Source: Myxococcota bacterium
GTDB taxonomy: Bacteria; Myxococcota_A; UBA9160; SZUA-336
Direction: 5' to 3'
NCBI GenBank assembly: GCA_036337215.1
Contig: JAYZEO010000037.1
Span: 1 to 49,753, forward strand
Length of the DNA stretch: 49,753 bases
This document shows, one piece after another, positions 9,273-17,326 of the stretch. Made by a program: the position numbers and the translations under genes. Each line of letters starts with the position of its first letter. Position 1 is the first letter of the stretch. The notes under the pieces are model-generated. The model saw nothing but the letters and a program-made list of their open reading frames with translations. It was not told the DNA's origin and ran no database searches.

Positions 9273-11315
9273 GTGAGGCGAGCCGTCCTCATCTCGGTGC
9301 CGTTCGTCTTCGCCGCGCTGCTGGTCGGACTTCACGGACGGGCACCGCAGCAGACGGGGCGCCTGGCCGCACTCGAGGCCGGCGCTCTGCTCGGCGACCC
9401 CGTAGCCGGCAGAGACATCCCGCTCCCCCTCTGGCGATTCCTGGCCGATCCCATGACCAGATCCGGGGGCGGCGAGATTCGGCTCGGCGTCGTCCACCTC
9501 GAACTCCCCGGGCAAGACTCCGACACACCGGCCCTGCGCGATGCGATGCGCCGCTCACTCGCGCGGGGCCTGCGCGCGCTCGCGGCGGCGGGCGGGGCGA
9601 CGGCCCCGACCTCGCTCGCGGGTCTCCGAACCGCAGCGCCCGAAGGTGTCGATCTCAGCCTGCGACTGGAACCGGACCGACTCACACTCCGGGCGACGCG
9701 GCCCGACGGCGAGAGCGCGAGCAGCACGCGCGAGTGGGTCCCGCCCAGCGAGAACTCGCTGGTGCCCCCGTTGCTCGTGATCTTCCTGGCGATTCTGCTC
9801 CGCCGGCCGGTGCTGGCGCTGCTCGCGGGCGTGGTGATCGGATCGTTCCTGCACCAGCAGGCGCTCGGCGATGCCGGGATCGTGGAGGCCGCCGCGCTGG
9901 GCCTGCGCGACGTCTTCACCGTCTACCTGTGGAACGAACTCGCAGACAACTTCCGGATCGAGATCGTTGTCTTCGTGTCGTCGATGCTCGCCTTCGTGGG
10001 CATCATCACGCGCGCCGGGGGCCTCCAGGGCCTCATGGACCGCATCGCGCGGATCGCCAGGAACGCGCGCCGTACGCAGTTCGCCACCTACCTGATGGGA
10101 CTCGCGATCTTCTTCGATGACTACGCGAACACGCTGCTGGTCGGCGCGACGATGCGCCCGCTGAGCGATCGCTTCCGGGTCGCGCGCGAAAAACTCGCCT
10201 ACATCGTAGACAGTACTGCCGCACCGGTCGCCGGGCTTTCGATCTTCAGTACCTGGGTCGCGTTCGAGGTTTCGACTTACAGCGCGCAACTGCCGAGCGT
10301 CGGCCTCTCCCAGGCGGACGGTTTTACGATCTTCATCGCGACGCTTCCCTATCGCTTCTACTCCATCCTGACGCTCTGCTTCGTTCTCTTCGTGGTGCTG
10401 AGCGGGCGCGACTTCGGCCCCATGCGAGCGGCCGAGCGACGCGCCCGGGCGGGCAAACTGCTGCGCGACGGCGCACAACCGATGCTGTCGGAGGTTGCGA
10501 CCGCGCTCGAGCCCGCGGCCGGAATCGCGCCGCGAGCGTCGGTCGCGGTGGCGCCACTTTTGACCTTCGTACTCGCGACTGGACTCGCCGGAGCCTGGAA
10601 GCACGCGGGAGACGCCTTCGCCAGAGACGGGGTCTTGGCTCTTTTCCAGGACGGCTCGAACTCGCTCATGCTCGGGTCACTGGCCGCGCTGGGAGTGGCC
10701 TCTGGCCTGGCCTTCCGCGCTGGTTTGCGCTGGGAAATCGCACGCTCGGCCTTCACAGTATTGCGCTCCGCCGGTGTCGCGCTGTTGATTCTCTACCTCG
10801 CGTGGATGATCGGGGCCGTCTGCGACACGCTCGGCACCGCGCCGTACCTGACCGCGCTGCTCGGCGAGGCGGCCCCTGCCTGGGCGATCCCGGCCGTGCT
10901 CTTCCTACTCTCGGGCGGGGTGGCGTTCGCGACCGGCAGTTCCTGGGGCACCATGAGCGTACTGCTGCCGATCGTGGTCGGGTTCGCCTACGCCGCAGGA
11001 GAGCACTCCCAGATCGGCGGCTTCGGGCTCATGGTGATGAGCATCGGCGCGGTACTGGAAGGTTCGATTTTCGGAGATCACTGCTCTCCGGTCTCCGACA
11101 CGACGATCCTGTCCTCGATCGCGGCCGCATCCGACCACGTGGATCACGTGCGTACACAGATCCCGTACGCGGTGACGACGATGCTGGCCGCGCTCTCGCT
11201 CGGCTACCTCCCCTGCGCTCTCTTCGGCCTCAATCCCTGGCTGGGACTTGCCGTCGGCGCGGCAGCACTCTGGACCGCGCTCTGGACGCTGGGAGCCCGA
11301 GACGACCAAGCCTGA
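9273..11315 (+). CDS. Na+/H+ antiporter NhaC-family transporter with an N-terminal extension of about 160 aa
   Basis: GTG 9273. The signal-like N-terminus VLISVPFVFAALLVGL is followed by a soluble-looking region, then a multi-TM body. FFDDYANTLLVGATMRPLSDRFRVAREKLAYIVDSTAAPVAGL is typical of the NhaC C-terminal domain family. Confidence 0.8.
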   Translation: MRRAVLISVPFVFAALLVGLHGRAPQQTGRLAALEAGALLGDPVAGRDIPLPLWRFLADPMTRSGGGEIRLGVVHLELPGQDSDTPALRDAMRRSLARGLRALAAAGGATAPTSLAGLRTAAPEGVDLSLRLEPDRLTLRATRPDGESASSTREWVPPSENSLVPPLLVIFLAILLRRPVLALLAGVVIGSFLHQQALGDAGIVEAAALGLRDVFTVYLWNELADNFRIEIVVFVSSMLAFVGIITRAGGLQGLMDRIARIARNARRTQFATYLMGLAIFFDDYANTLLVGATMRPLSDRFRVAREKLAYIVDSTAAPVAGLSIFSTWVAFEVSTYSAQLPSVGLSQADGFTIFIATLPYRFYSILTLCFVLFVVLSGRDFGPMRAAERRARAGKLLRDGAQPMLSEVATALEPAAGIAPRASVAVAPLLTFVLATGLAGAWKHAGDAFARDGVLALFQDGSNSLMLGSLAALGVASGLAFRAGLRWEIARSAFTVLRSAGVALLILYLAWMIGAVCDTLGTAPYLTALLGEAAPAWAIPAVLFLLSGGVAFATGSSWGTMSVLLPIVVGFAYAAGEHSQIGGFGLMVMSIGAVLEGSIFGDHCSPVSDTTILSSIAAASDHVDHVRTQIPYAVTTMLAALSLGYLPCALFGLNPWLGLAVGAAALWTALWTLGARDDQA

Positions 11316-11530
11316 GCCGCAGAACTCGCGCTCGAGTGGTTCCCGGCGCAGCCGTCCAGGCGTCCCGAGCGCCGGGACTAGCCCCACATTTCCGGCCCTC
11401 AGGCAGCCCCAGATCGGCCTCTCGGCTCGGCTCACCCACGATCCCTGAAAACCACCCGGGGCGTTCGACTTTGCCGGGCGTCCGCCCGTAGGGAGCCGCA
11501 ACCCCCACGCTGCAGGCCGCGCCGGCTAGC

Positions 11531-11582
11531 TGACTGATTATTACGATATCTTATTCGAATTCTAATAATATGTAATAATAGG
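11531..11582. promoter_or_regulatory. AT-rich palindromic island; candidate promoter/operator of the paaX-like/desaturase operon
   Basis: About 50 bp of very low G+C in an otherwise GC-rich window, ending 4 nt before ATG 11586. Inverted repeat ATTATTAC (11537-11544) / GTAATAAT (11572-11579). Inner imperfect palindrome TTATTCGAATTCTAATAA (11551-11568) around GAATTC. TAATAT / TAATAA -10-like hexamers. Confidence 0.4.
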
Positions 11583-11585
11583 GCG

Positions 11586-12428
11586 ATGGCTCCCAGCGCC
11601 AAGCATTTCATCCTGAACCTGCTCGCGACGCTGCGACGGGGCAGCATGCCCGTGGCCGCGCTGGTGAGCGGCGCCGGGGTGTTCGGAATCGCCGGCAACA
11701 GCGTGCGCGTGGCCCTCACGCGGCTCGGCGCCGCGGGCCTGGTCGTTCGCGACGCCCGGGGCCGCTACCGGCTGGGACCGGCGGCGCTCCCGGTGGCGCG
11801 CCGGACCACGCACTGGCGCGAGATCGAGGGACGCCTGGAGAACTGGGAGGGCAGCTGGGCGGCGGCGCTCCAGGACTTCGGGAGCCACGGGAGTGCACAG
11901 CGGCGGGATCGACAGGCGCTGAGGTTGCTCGGATTCCGGGAACTCCGCCCGGGGTTGGCGGTTCGCCCCGACAATCTTCGCGGCGGCGTGCCGGCGCTGC
12001 GCCGGGAACTCGCGGCTCTTGGACTCGGCGCGGGCGCGCTGGTCTTCGAACTCCGCGACGGCGATCCCGTCTACGAGGCGCGCGCGCGAGGCCTGTGGAC
12101 GGCAGATGCGCTGCCGCTCGCACATCGCAGCCTGCGGCGGGAGCTCGAACAGAGCGCGCTCAGGCTCAAGCGGCTTCCGGCCGAACGCGCGATGGCGGAG
12201 TCCTTCCTGCTCGGGGGACGCGTGATCCGGCAGCTCGTGCTCGATCCGCTGCTTCCCGAGGCGATCGTATCGGGCCGCGAGCGCAGCGCCCTGCGCGAGG
12301 CCATGCGGCACTACGACCGGCTCGGGAGAGACGCCTGGGCCGGGTTCCTGGCACGCTTCGACGTGCCCCACAGGAGCGCACCAGCCGGCGCGTGGCCGCC
12401 AGGAGCGGCGGAGTGGCTGGCCCGCTGA
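11586..12428 (+). CDS. PaaX-family transcriptional regulator
   Basis: ATG 11586. N-terminal winged-HTH ILNLLATLRRGSMPVAALVSGAGVFGIAGNSVRVALTRLGAAGLV...GRYRL. PaaX-like C-terminal half. 280 aa. Confidence 0.8.
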   Translation: MAPSAKHFILNLLATLRRGSMPVAALVSGAGVFGIAGNSVRVALTRLGAAGLVVRDARGRYRLGPAALPVARRTTHWREIEGRLENWEGSWAAALQDFGSHGSAQRRDRQALRLLGFRELRPGLAVRPDNLRGGVPALRRELAALGLGAGALVFELRDGDPVYEARARGLWTADALPLAHRSLRRELEQSALRLKRLPAERAMAESFLLGGRVIRQLVLDPLLPEAIVSGRERSALREAMRHYDRLGRDAWAGFLARFDVPHRSAPAGAWPPGAAEWLAR

Positions 12429-12466
12429 GGGGCGGACCCGAGAGGCCGCCGGAAAGGAGACCGAGA

Positions 12467-13468
12467 GTGACTGAGAGCGCGGCGACTGCGGATGAACAAC
12501 TGACAGCGAACTGGCGCGCCGCTCTCTCGCGCGCGGACGTGGAACAGTTGCTCGAATTCCACGACCTCCGGTCCTGGGGCTCGATTGCACTCAACTGGGG
12601 CCTGGTTTTCGCCTGCTTCGCACTGGTCGCGTACTGGCCCACGCCCTTTACGATCCTCGCAGCCCTGTTCGTGATCGGCGCGCGCCAGCTCGGCTTCGCA
12701 GTCCTGATGCACGAGGCCTCGCACCGCAGCCTGCTGCGCGACCGCGGCTGGAACGACCGGGTCGGGAACTGGCTCTGCGCGTACCCGATCTGGAGCGATC
12801 TGCGCCCCTACCGCCCCTACCACCTCAAACACCATGCACGAACCGGAAGCGAGCAGGACCCCGACATCGGCCTCGTCAAACCGTTCCCGATCACGCGGTC
12901 GAGTTTCCGGCGCAAGCTCTGGCGCGACCTATCGGGACGGACGGGGCTCAAGTTCGCGCGCGGAGCCTGGCAGCGGACCTTCGGCTGCATGCGCAAGGAC
13001 CCGGTTGCGCGGAAGGCGGCGTTCGGAGTCGCCATCACCAACCTGGTTCTGCTGGCCATTCTCGGTAGCTTCGGGTTGCCCGAACTCTACCTGCTGTGGG
13101 TCGCCGCCTGGCTCACGACGCACACGCTGGTCACACGGATCCGCTCGATTGCCGAGCACGCGTTGACTCCCGACCTCCATCACCCCTTGGGCAACACGCG
13201 CACGGTCCTGGCCCGCCCGTGGGAACGGCTGCTGATTGCGCCAAACCGCGTCAACTACCACCTGGAACACCACCTGCTGATGACGGTCCCCCACTACCAG
13301 TTACCCCGCATGCACCGGTTGCTAGGTGAACGCGGGGTGCTCGACGACGCCTGCGTGGAACACGGCTACCTGGGGATCCTGAAGCGCGCAACCTCTCGTC
13401 GCGACCCAGGCGACCCGTCGATCGAGACCGACGAGGCGCGCGACCTGTCGCAGGTCAACGGTCTCTGA
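12467..13468 (+). CDS. membrane fatty-acid desaturase family protein
   Basis: Track ORF 12095 trimmed to GTG 12467, preceded by GGAAAGGAGA. Three histidine boxes: HEASH, HLKHH, HLEHH. TM helices between the boxes. 333 aa. Lies 38 nt downstream of the paaX-like gene. Confidence 0.85.
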   Translation: MTESAATADEQLTANWRAALSRADVEQLLEFHDLRSWGSIALNWGLVFACFALVAYWPTPFTILAALFVIGARQLGFAVLMHEASHRSLLRDRGWNDRVGNWLCAYPIWSDLRPYRPYHLKHHARTGSEQDPDIGLVKPFPITRSSFRRKLWRDLSGRTGLKFARGAWQRTFGCMRKDPVARKAAFGVAITNLVLLAILGSFGLPELYLLWVAAWLTTHTLVTRIRSIAEHALTPDLHHPLGNTRTVLARPWERLLIAPNRVNYHLEHHLLMTVPHYQLPRMHRLLGERGVLDDACVEHGYLGILKRATSRRDPGDPSIETDEARDLSQVNGL

Positions 13469-15011
13469 GCGGTGGTCCCGGCTCGCTGCCCGTCCCCGCG
13501 CGAGCGCGCTCGAAGTAGGCCCGCGTCTCGGCCACGATGATGGGCGAGAGCAGCAGCAGACCAATCAGGTTCGGGAGCGCCATCAACCCATTCATGATGT
13601 CGGAGACGAGCCAGACCGCCTGGCCGAAGAGCAGCGGCCCCACGATCACCATGGAGGCAAAGAGCAGCCGGTAGGGCAGCACCACCCAGTCCCCGAGCAG
13701 GTACTGAACCGACTTCTCGCCGTAGTAACTCCAGCCGATGATGGTCGTAAGCGCGAACAGCGCGAGTGCCAGCGCGACCACCGCGCCTCCGGCTCCGGGG
13801 AGGCCCTCGCGGAACGCGAGCGTCGTCCACTGGGAGCCCCGAAGCACCTTCCAGCGCGCGACCGGCGCGGCCGCCAGGATCTCGGGCGGCAGCGCACCCT
13901 TGGCGCTCGAGGACTTCGGGTCGAGCGGGTCGAAGCTTCCGTCTCGCGCAGCGCCTTCCAGGAACGCCACAGCCGGCGTGAGTTCCGCTGCCGGGAGTTC
14001 GCGCGTCCTGTCGACGTCGCGCAGGATCGTCGTCAGGATCACGAGGCCCGTCAGCGTGCAGATCACGAGGGTGTCGATGAAGGTCTGGGTCATCGACACC
14101 ATCGCCTGGCGTACGGGCTCACGCGTACTCGCAGCCGCGGCCGCGATTCCGGCGGACCCGAGCCCGCTCTCGTTGGAGAAGATGCCGCGCGCGACGCCGA
14201 AACGGACCGCGGCCCCGATCGAGGCTCCGAGCAGACCGCCCCCGAAGGCCTCGGCTCCGAATGCCCCCTCGAACACCGACACGAATGCCTGAGGAATCCA
14301 CCTCAGGTTTAGGACCAGAATCAGGCAGGCCGCGGCCAGGTACAGGACGATCATCACCGGCACCAGCGCTCCGGCCACGCGCCCGATCGAACGGATCCCT
14401 CCGATGGTGACCGCGACCACGAGCGCCGCCAGAACGACGTGTGTCAGCATCGGCGTCACACCGAACGCCGCTTGGATGGCGTTCCCGACCTCCTGCGACT
14501 GTACGCCGTTGCCGATTCCAAAGGCGGCCAGCGCGGCAAACACCGCGAACCCACCCCCGAGCAGCCGTCCGAGCCTCCGCTGCGGCAACGCGCTCGACAA
14601 GAAGTACATCGGTCCGCCCGCCATGCGCCCGTGCCGATCCGTCTGCCGGTAGCGAACCGAGAGCAGCGCCTCGGAATACTTGGTCGCCATTCCGACCAGG
14701 CCCGTGATCCACATCCAGAACAGCGCGCCCGGGCCACCGGCCGCGATCGCAGTCGCCACTCCCGCGATGTTGCCGGTCCCGACGGTAGCCGCGAGCGCCG
14801 TCATCAGGGCTTGGAAGTGGGAGATGTCGCCCTCGGCGTCAGCCTCGCTGCGCTCGATCAGGGCGATCCGAAGCGCACCCGGCAGGACCCGAAACTGGAG
14901 CCCCCGAAGGATCACGCTCAGGTAGAAACCGGTCCCCACCAGGAGCGGGATCAGGAGCAGGGGCCCCCAGATGAAGCCCGAGACCGCACCCAGCCACTCT
15001 TCGAGCGACAT
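13455..15011 (-). CDS. alanine/glycine:sodium symporter (AGCS family)
   Basis: Track ORF trimmed to ATG 15011 (MSLEEWLGAVSGFIWGP...), preceded by a G-run/GAGAG RBS. Family signature GPGALFWMWITGLVGMATKYSEALL. The 3' end overlaps the convergent desaturase gene by 14 nt. Confidence 0.88.
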   Translation of the reverse strand: MSLEEWLGAVSGFIWGPLLLIPLLVGTGFYLSVILRGLQFRVLPGALRIALIERSEADAEGDISHFQALMTALAATVGTGNIAGVATAIAAGGPGALFWMWITGLVGMATKYSEALLSVRYRQTDRHGRMAGGPMYFLSSALPQRRLGRLLGGGFAVFAALAAFGIGNGVQSQEVGNAIQAAFGVTPMLTHVVLAALVVAVTIGGIRSIGRVAGALVPVMIVLYLAAACLILVLNLRWIPQAFVSVFEGAFGAEAFGGGLLGASIGAAVRFGVARGIFSNESGLGSAGIAAAAASTREPVRQAMVSMTQTFIDTLVICTLTGLVILTTILRDVDRTRELPAAELTPAVAFLEGAARDGSFDPLDPKSSSAKGALPPEILAAAPVARWKVLRGSQWTTLAFREGLPGAGGAVVALALALFALTTIIGWSYYGEKSVQYLLGDWVVLPYRLLFASMVIVGPLLFGQAVWLVSDIMNGLMALPNLIGLLLLSPIIVAETRAYFERARAGTGSEPGPPLRDR

Positions 15012-15110
15012 CTCTCCCCCCCGGACGTCGGACGATCGGGAATATAGCCCGACCGGCGGAGCGCGCGCGGGGCCGAGCGAGCCGAGTGCCCGCAAAGCCC
15101 CGGGGGCCCA

Positions 15111-15527
15111 TCAGGGCGCGGCCGGGCCCTCTCGGAGCAAGCGCAAGGAGATACTCCGGGTGGCGCGCGGGCCGTCGAGTTCTACCAGCAGCAGCCGCTG
15201 CCAGCGGCCGAGCAACAGGTCGCCGGCTTCGATCGGAATCCATTCAGAGGGCCCTAGAAGGGCCGCCTGGATGTGCGCGTGTGCGTTGGAGTCGATCCGA
15301 TCGTGGAGCCAGCCGTCGTGCGCGGGCACCATGCGCTCGAGCGCGTGCAACAGGTCGACACCGACGTTCGGATCGTCGTTCTCGTTGATCACGATCCCGG
15401 CCGTCGCGTGCAGCGCCATTACGTGACAGAAGCCCTCACGCACGCCGGAACCACGCACGAAATCGCGCACGGATTCCGTCAGATCGATGCACTCGCGGGG
15501 CCGGGTCGTCTCGAGCCGGAGGATCAC
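15111..15527 (-). CDS. YjbQ/UPF0047 family protein (secondary thiamine-phosphate synthase-like)
   Basis: GTG 15527. CIDLTESVRDFV...GFCHVMALHATAGIVINENDDPNV..D and HDRIDSNAHAHIQAALLG are typical of YjbQ. Confidence 0.85.
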   Translation of the reverse strand: MILRLETTRPRECIDLTESVRDFVRGSGVREGFCHVMALHATAGIVINENDDPNVGVDLLHALERMVPAHDGWLHDRIDSNAHAHIQAALLGPSEWIPIEAGDLLLGRWQRLLLVELDGPRATRSISLRLLREGPAAP

Positions 15528-15542
15528 GAGTCCCGGTTCGGA

Positions 15543-16031
15543 TCAGAACTCGGGTAGGATCTGCACGAGGAGATGCCCCCCGCGATAGCGGGCTCCGCCG
15601 ACCACGAAGGGCTTTCCATTCTGCATCCGGAGTCGCGTATCGAGTCCCTTGCGAGCGCCCCGCGGCACCTGGACGTGAAGATGCAGCCGTTCGTCGATGA
15701 CCGAGATCGGCACCATCTGCACCGCGCGGCCGCCCGGCATCGAGACCCGGGCCCAGGTTCCGAACGGAACCACGAAGCTCCGCTTCTGTACGACCGTGAG
15801 CGTCCCGAACCGGATCGGCCGAATCCGTGCCTGCAGGGGCCGACACTCGGGGTCGACGGTCCCGGGCTGGCGCATCCCGTGCGCGACCAGGACCGAGAGC
15901 GCGATCCCTCGGGCGTCGGGCAGCCCCTCGCTCCGCGACTGTCCGAAGGCGGCGCCGGATCCGGCGCAACCCAGCACCGCGAACAGAACCGCCCCGAGGC
16001 GGAGGGCGCGATGCGGGGCGGAGGTCAGCAA
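15543..16031 (-). CDS. exported protein / putative lipoprotein of unknown function
   Basis: TTG 16031, one nt after the anti-sigma stop. Signal peptide RLGAVLFAVLGCAGS with a lipobox-like VLGC. I recognise no family. Confidence 0.5.
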   Translation of the reverse strand: MLTSAPHRALRLGAVLFAVLGCAGSGAAFGQSRSEGLPDARGIALSVLVAHGMRQPGTVDPECRPLQARIRPIRFGTLTVVQKRSFVVPFGTWARVSMPGGRAVQMVPISVIDERLHLHVQVPRGARKGLDTRLRMQNGKPFVVGGARYRGGHLLVQILPEF

Positions 16032-16032
16032 G

Positions 16033-16602
16033 CTAGGCCTTCTCCGAGAGGTGCGCGTGCGAGATCAACTCGGGCGCCTCATCGACCATCCAGACGACCG
16101 TCGCGCCGTCTTCGGCTTCGAAGACGATCACGGGAACCTCCCCCTGACCGAGGTCGTAGATCGAGTTGGGGGCCCGGAACTGGGCGAATTCGGGCTGGAT
16201 CGGCGGCTGGACTCGCGATGGGGGCGCTCCGATTCCGACGAGCGGCAAAATCCCGACTACGAGCAGCCCGGCGAGGGCGGCCCCGGCAAACACACGCGAA
16301 GGTACGGGCCACTGGAACCCCGCGAGGCGGTCGCGCAGGCGGGGTCGGACCTGCGCGTCGAACTCGGCATCCACCGCGCGCAGCGCCGGGCGGATCGACG
16401 CCAGCAGCCGTTCGGGGTCGGGGCCTTCCGGGCCGTCGCTCCAGGCCACTCGCACCGCCTCACCCAGCAGCTCCATCTCATGAAGCTGCCTCGCGGACTC
16501 AGGGTCGGCCTCGAGCTGTTGCTGCAACCGCTGCCGCGCCGGCCCCGAGAGGGCGCCGTCGCGGTATGCGCTCAGCCGGCGCAGGAAGCCGGGGCCCTTC
16601 AA
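16033..16602 (-). CDS. anti-sigma factor (single-pass, non-zinc type)
   Basis: TTG 16602 overlaps the sigma gene stop (TTGA). N-terminal RLSAYRDGALSGPARQRL..QL matches the anti-sigma N-terminal motif but lacks the H-x3-C-x2-C residues. Central TM AGAALAGLLVVGILPLV. Confidence 0.65.
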   Translation of the reverse strand: MKGPGFLRRLSAYRDGALSGPARQRLQQQLEADPESARQLHEMELLGEAVRVAWSDGPEGPDPERLLASIRPALRAVDAEFDAQVRPRLRDRLAGFQWPVPSRVFAGAALAGLLVVGILPLVGIGAPPSRVQPPIQPEFAQFRAPNSIYDLGQGEVPVIVFEAEDGATVVWMVDEAPELISHAHLSEKA

Positions 16603-17258
16603 GCCGCGTCCTCGGGCCCGATACCGCGCTCCCGGAGAAAGGTCGTCAGCTTGCGGCGCGCGTAGTGGAGGCGGCTCATCACGGTGCCCTTCGAGATTTC
16701 CATGGTCTTGGCGATCTCTTCGTAGGATAGCCCCTCAACCTCTCGAAGCAGGAGCACCTCGCGCTGGCCGTCCGGCAGCTGCTGGATTCCCTCGGACAGG
16801 ATCTCGCGGACCTGAGCACGCCGGGCGGTGGCGTCTGGATCCGCCGGCGCGCTGACCACGGCACGCGGCTCGATCTGGTGAGCGACGCCGTCCTCCCACT
16901 CGATGCGGGTCCCGGGGCGCTCTCTGCGGCGGCGATCGAGCGCCAGGTTGACGACGATCCGGTAGAGCCAGGTGTAAAAGGCGGAGCGCTGCTCAAAATT
17001 CCGAATCCCGCGATATGCCTTGATGAAGGCCTCCTGGAGTACGTCCTGGCTCTGGTCGGTGTCCCGCAGGATCCGAAACGCGACGCGGTAGGCCCGCTCC
17101 GAAAAGCGCCGGACGAGCACCTCGAACGCCTCACGGCTGCCTTCACGCGCCTTTTGGACCAGTTCGCTATCACTCGGCGCGTCCTCTACCGGCTCCGTAG
17201 CCGCAGCCCCCTTGGCCGCGACCCGGTCCCCGGCGCTCCTATTACCGCTACCAGCCAT
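16599..17258 (-). CDS. ECF (sigma-70 group 4, RpoE-like) RNA polymerase sigma factor
   Basis: ATG 17258. Region 2: AFEVLVRRFSERAYRVAFRILRD..QSQDVLQEAFIKAY..I..F...SAFYTWLYRIVVN. Region 4: REVLLLREVEGLSYEEIAKTMEISKGTVMSRLHYARRKL. Confidence 0.9.
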   Translation of the reverse strand: MAGSGNRSAGDRVAAKGAAATEPVEDAPSDSELVQKAREGSREAFEVLVRRFSERAYRVAFRILRDTDQSQDVLQEAFIKAYRGIRNFEQRSAFYTWLYRIVVNLALDRRRRERPGTRIEWEDGVAHQIEPRAVVSAPADPDATARRAQVREILSEGIQQLPDGQREVLLLREVEGLSYEEIAKTMEISKGTVMSRLHYARRKLTTFLRERGIGPEDAA

Positions 17259-17281
17259 GCCTTTGACGGTCGCAGAGCCGA

Positions 17282-17311
17282 AGGAATTCGGCCAGCCAGG
17301 GCCGAATTCCT
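17282..17311. terminator. perfect 12-bp inverted repeat hairpin between the polA stop and the ECF sigma start
   Basis: AGGAATTCGGCC (17282-17293), 6-nt loop, GGCCGAATTCCT (17300-17311), carrying two GAATTC sites. A second 6-bp hairpin, GCGCAC (17315-17320) / GTGCGC (17330-17335), encloses the polA stop codon. No U-tract follows. Confidence 0.45.
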
Positions 17312-17326
17312 ACTGCGCACCCATTT

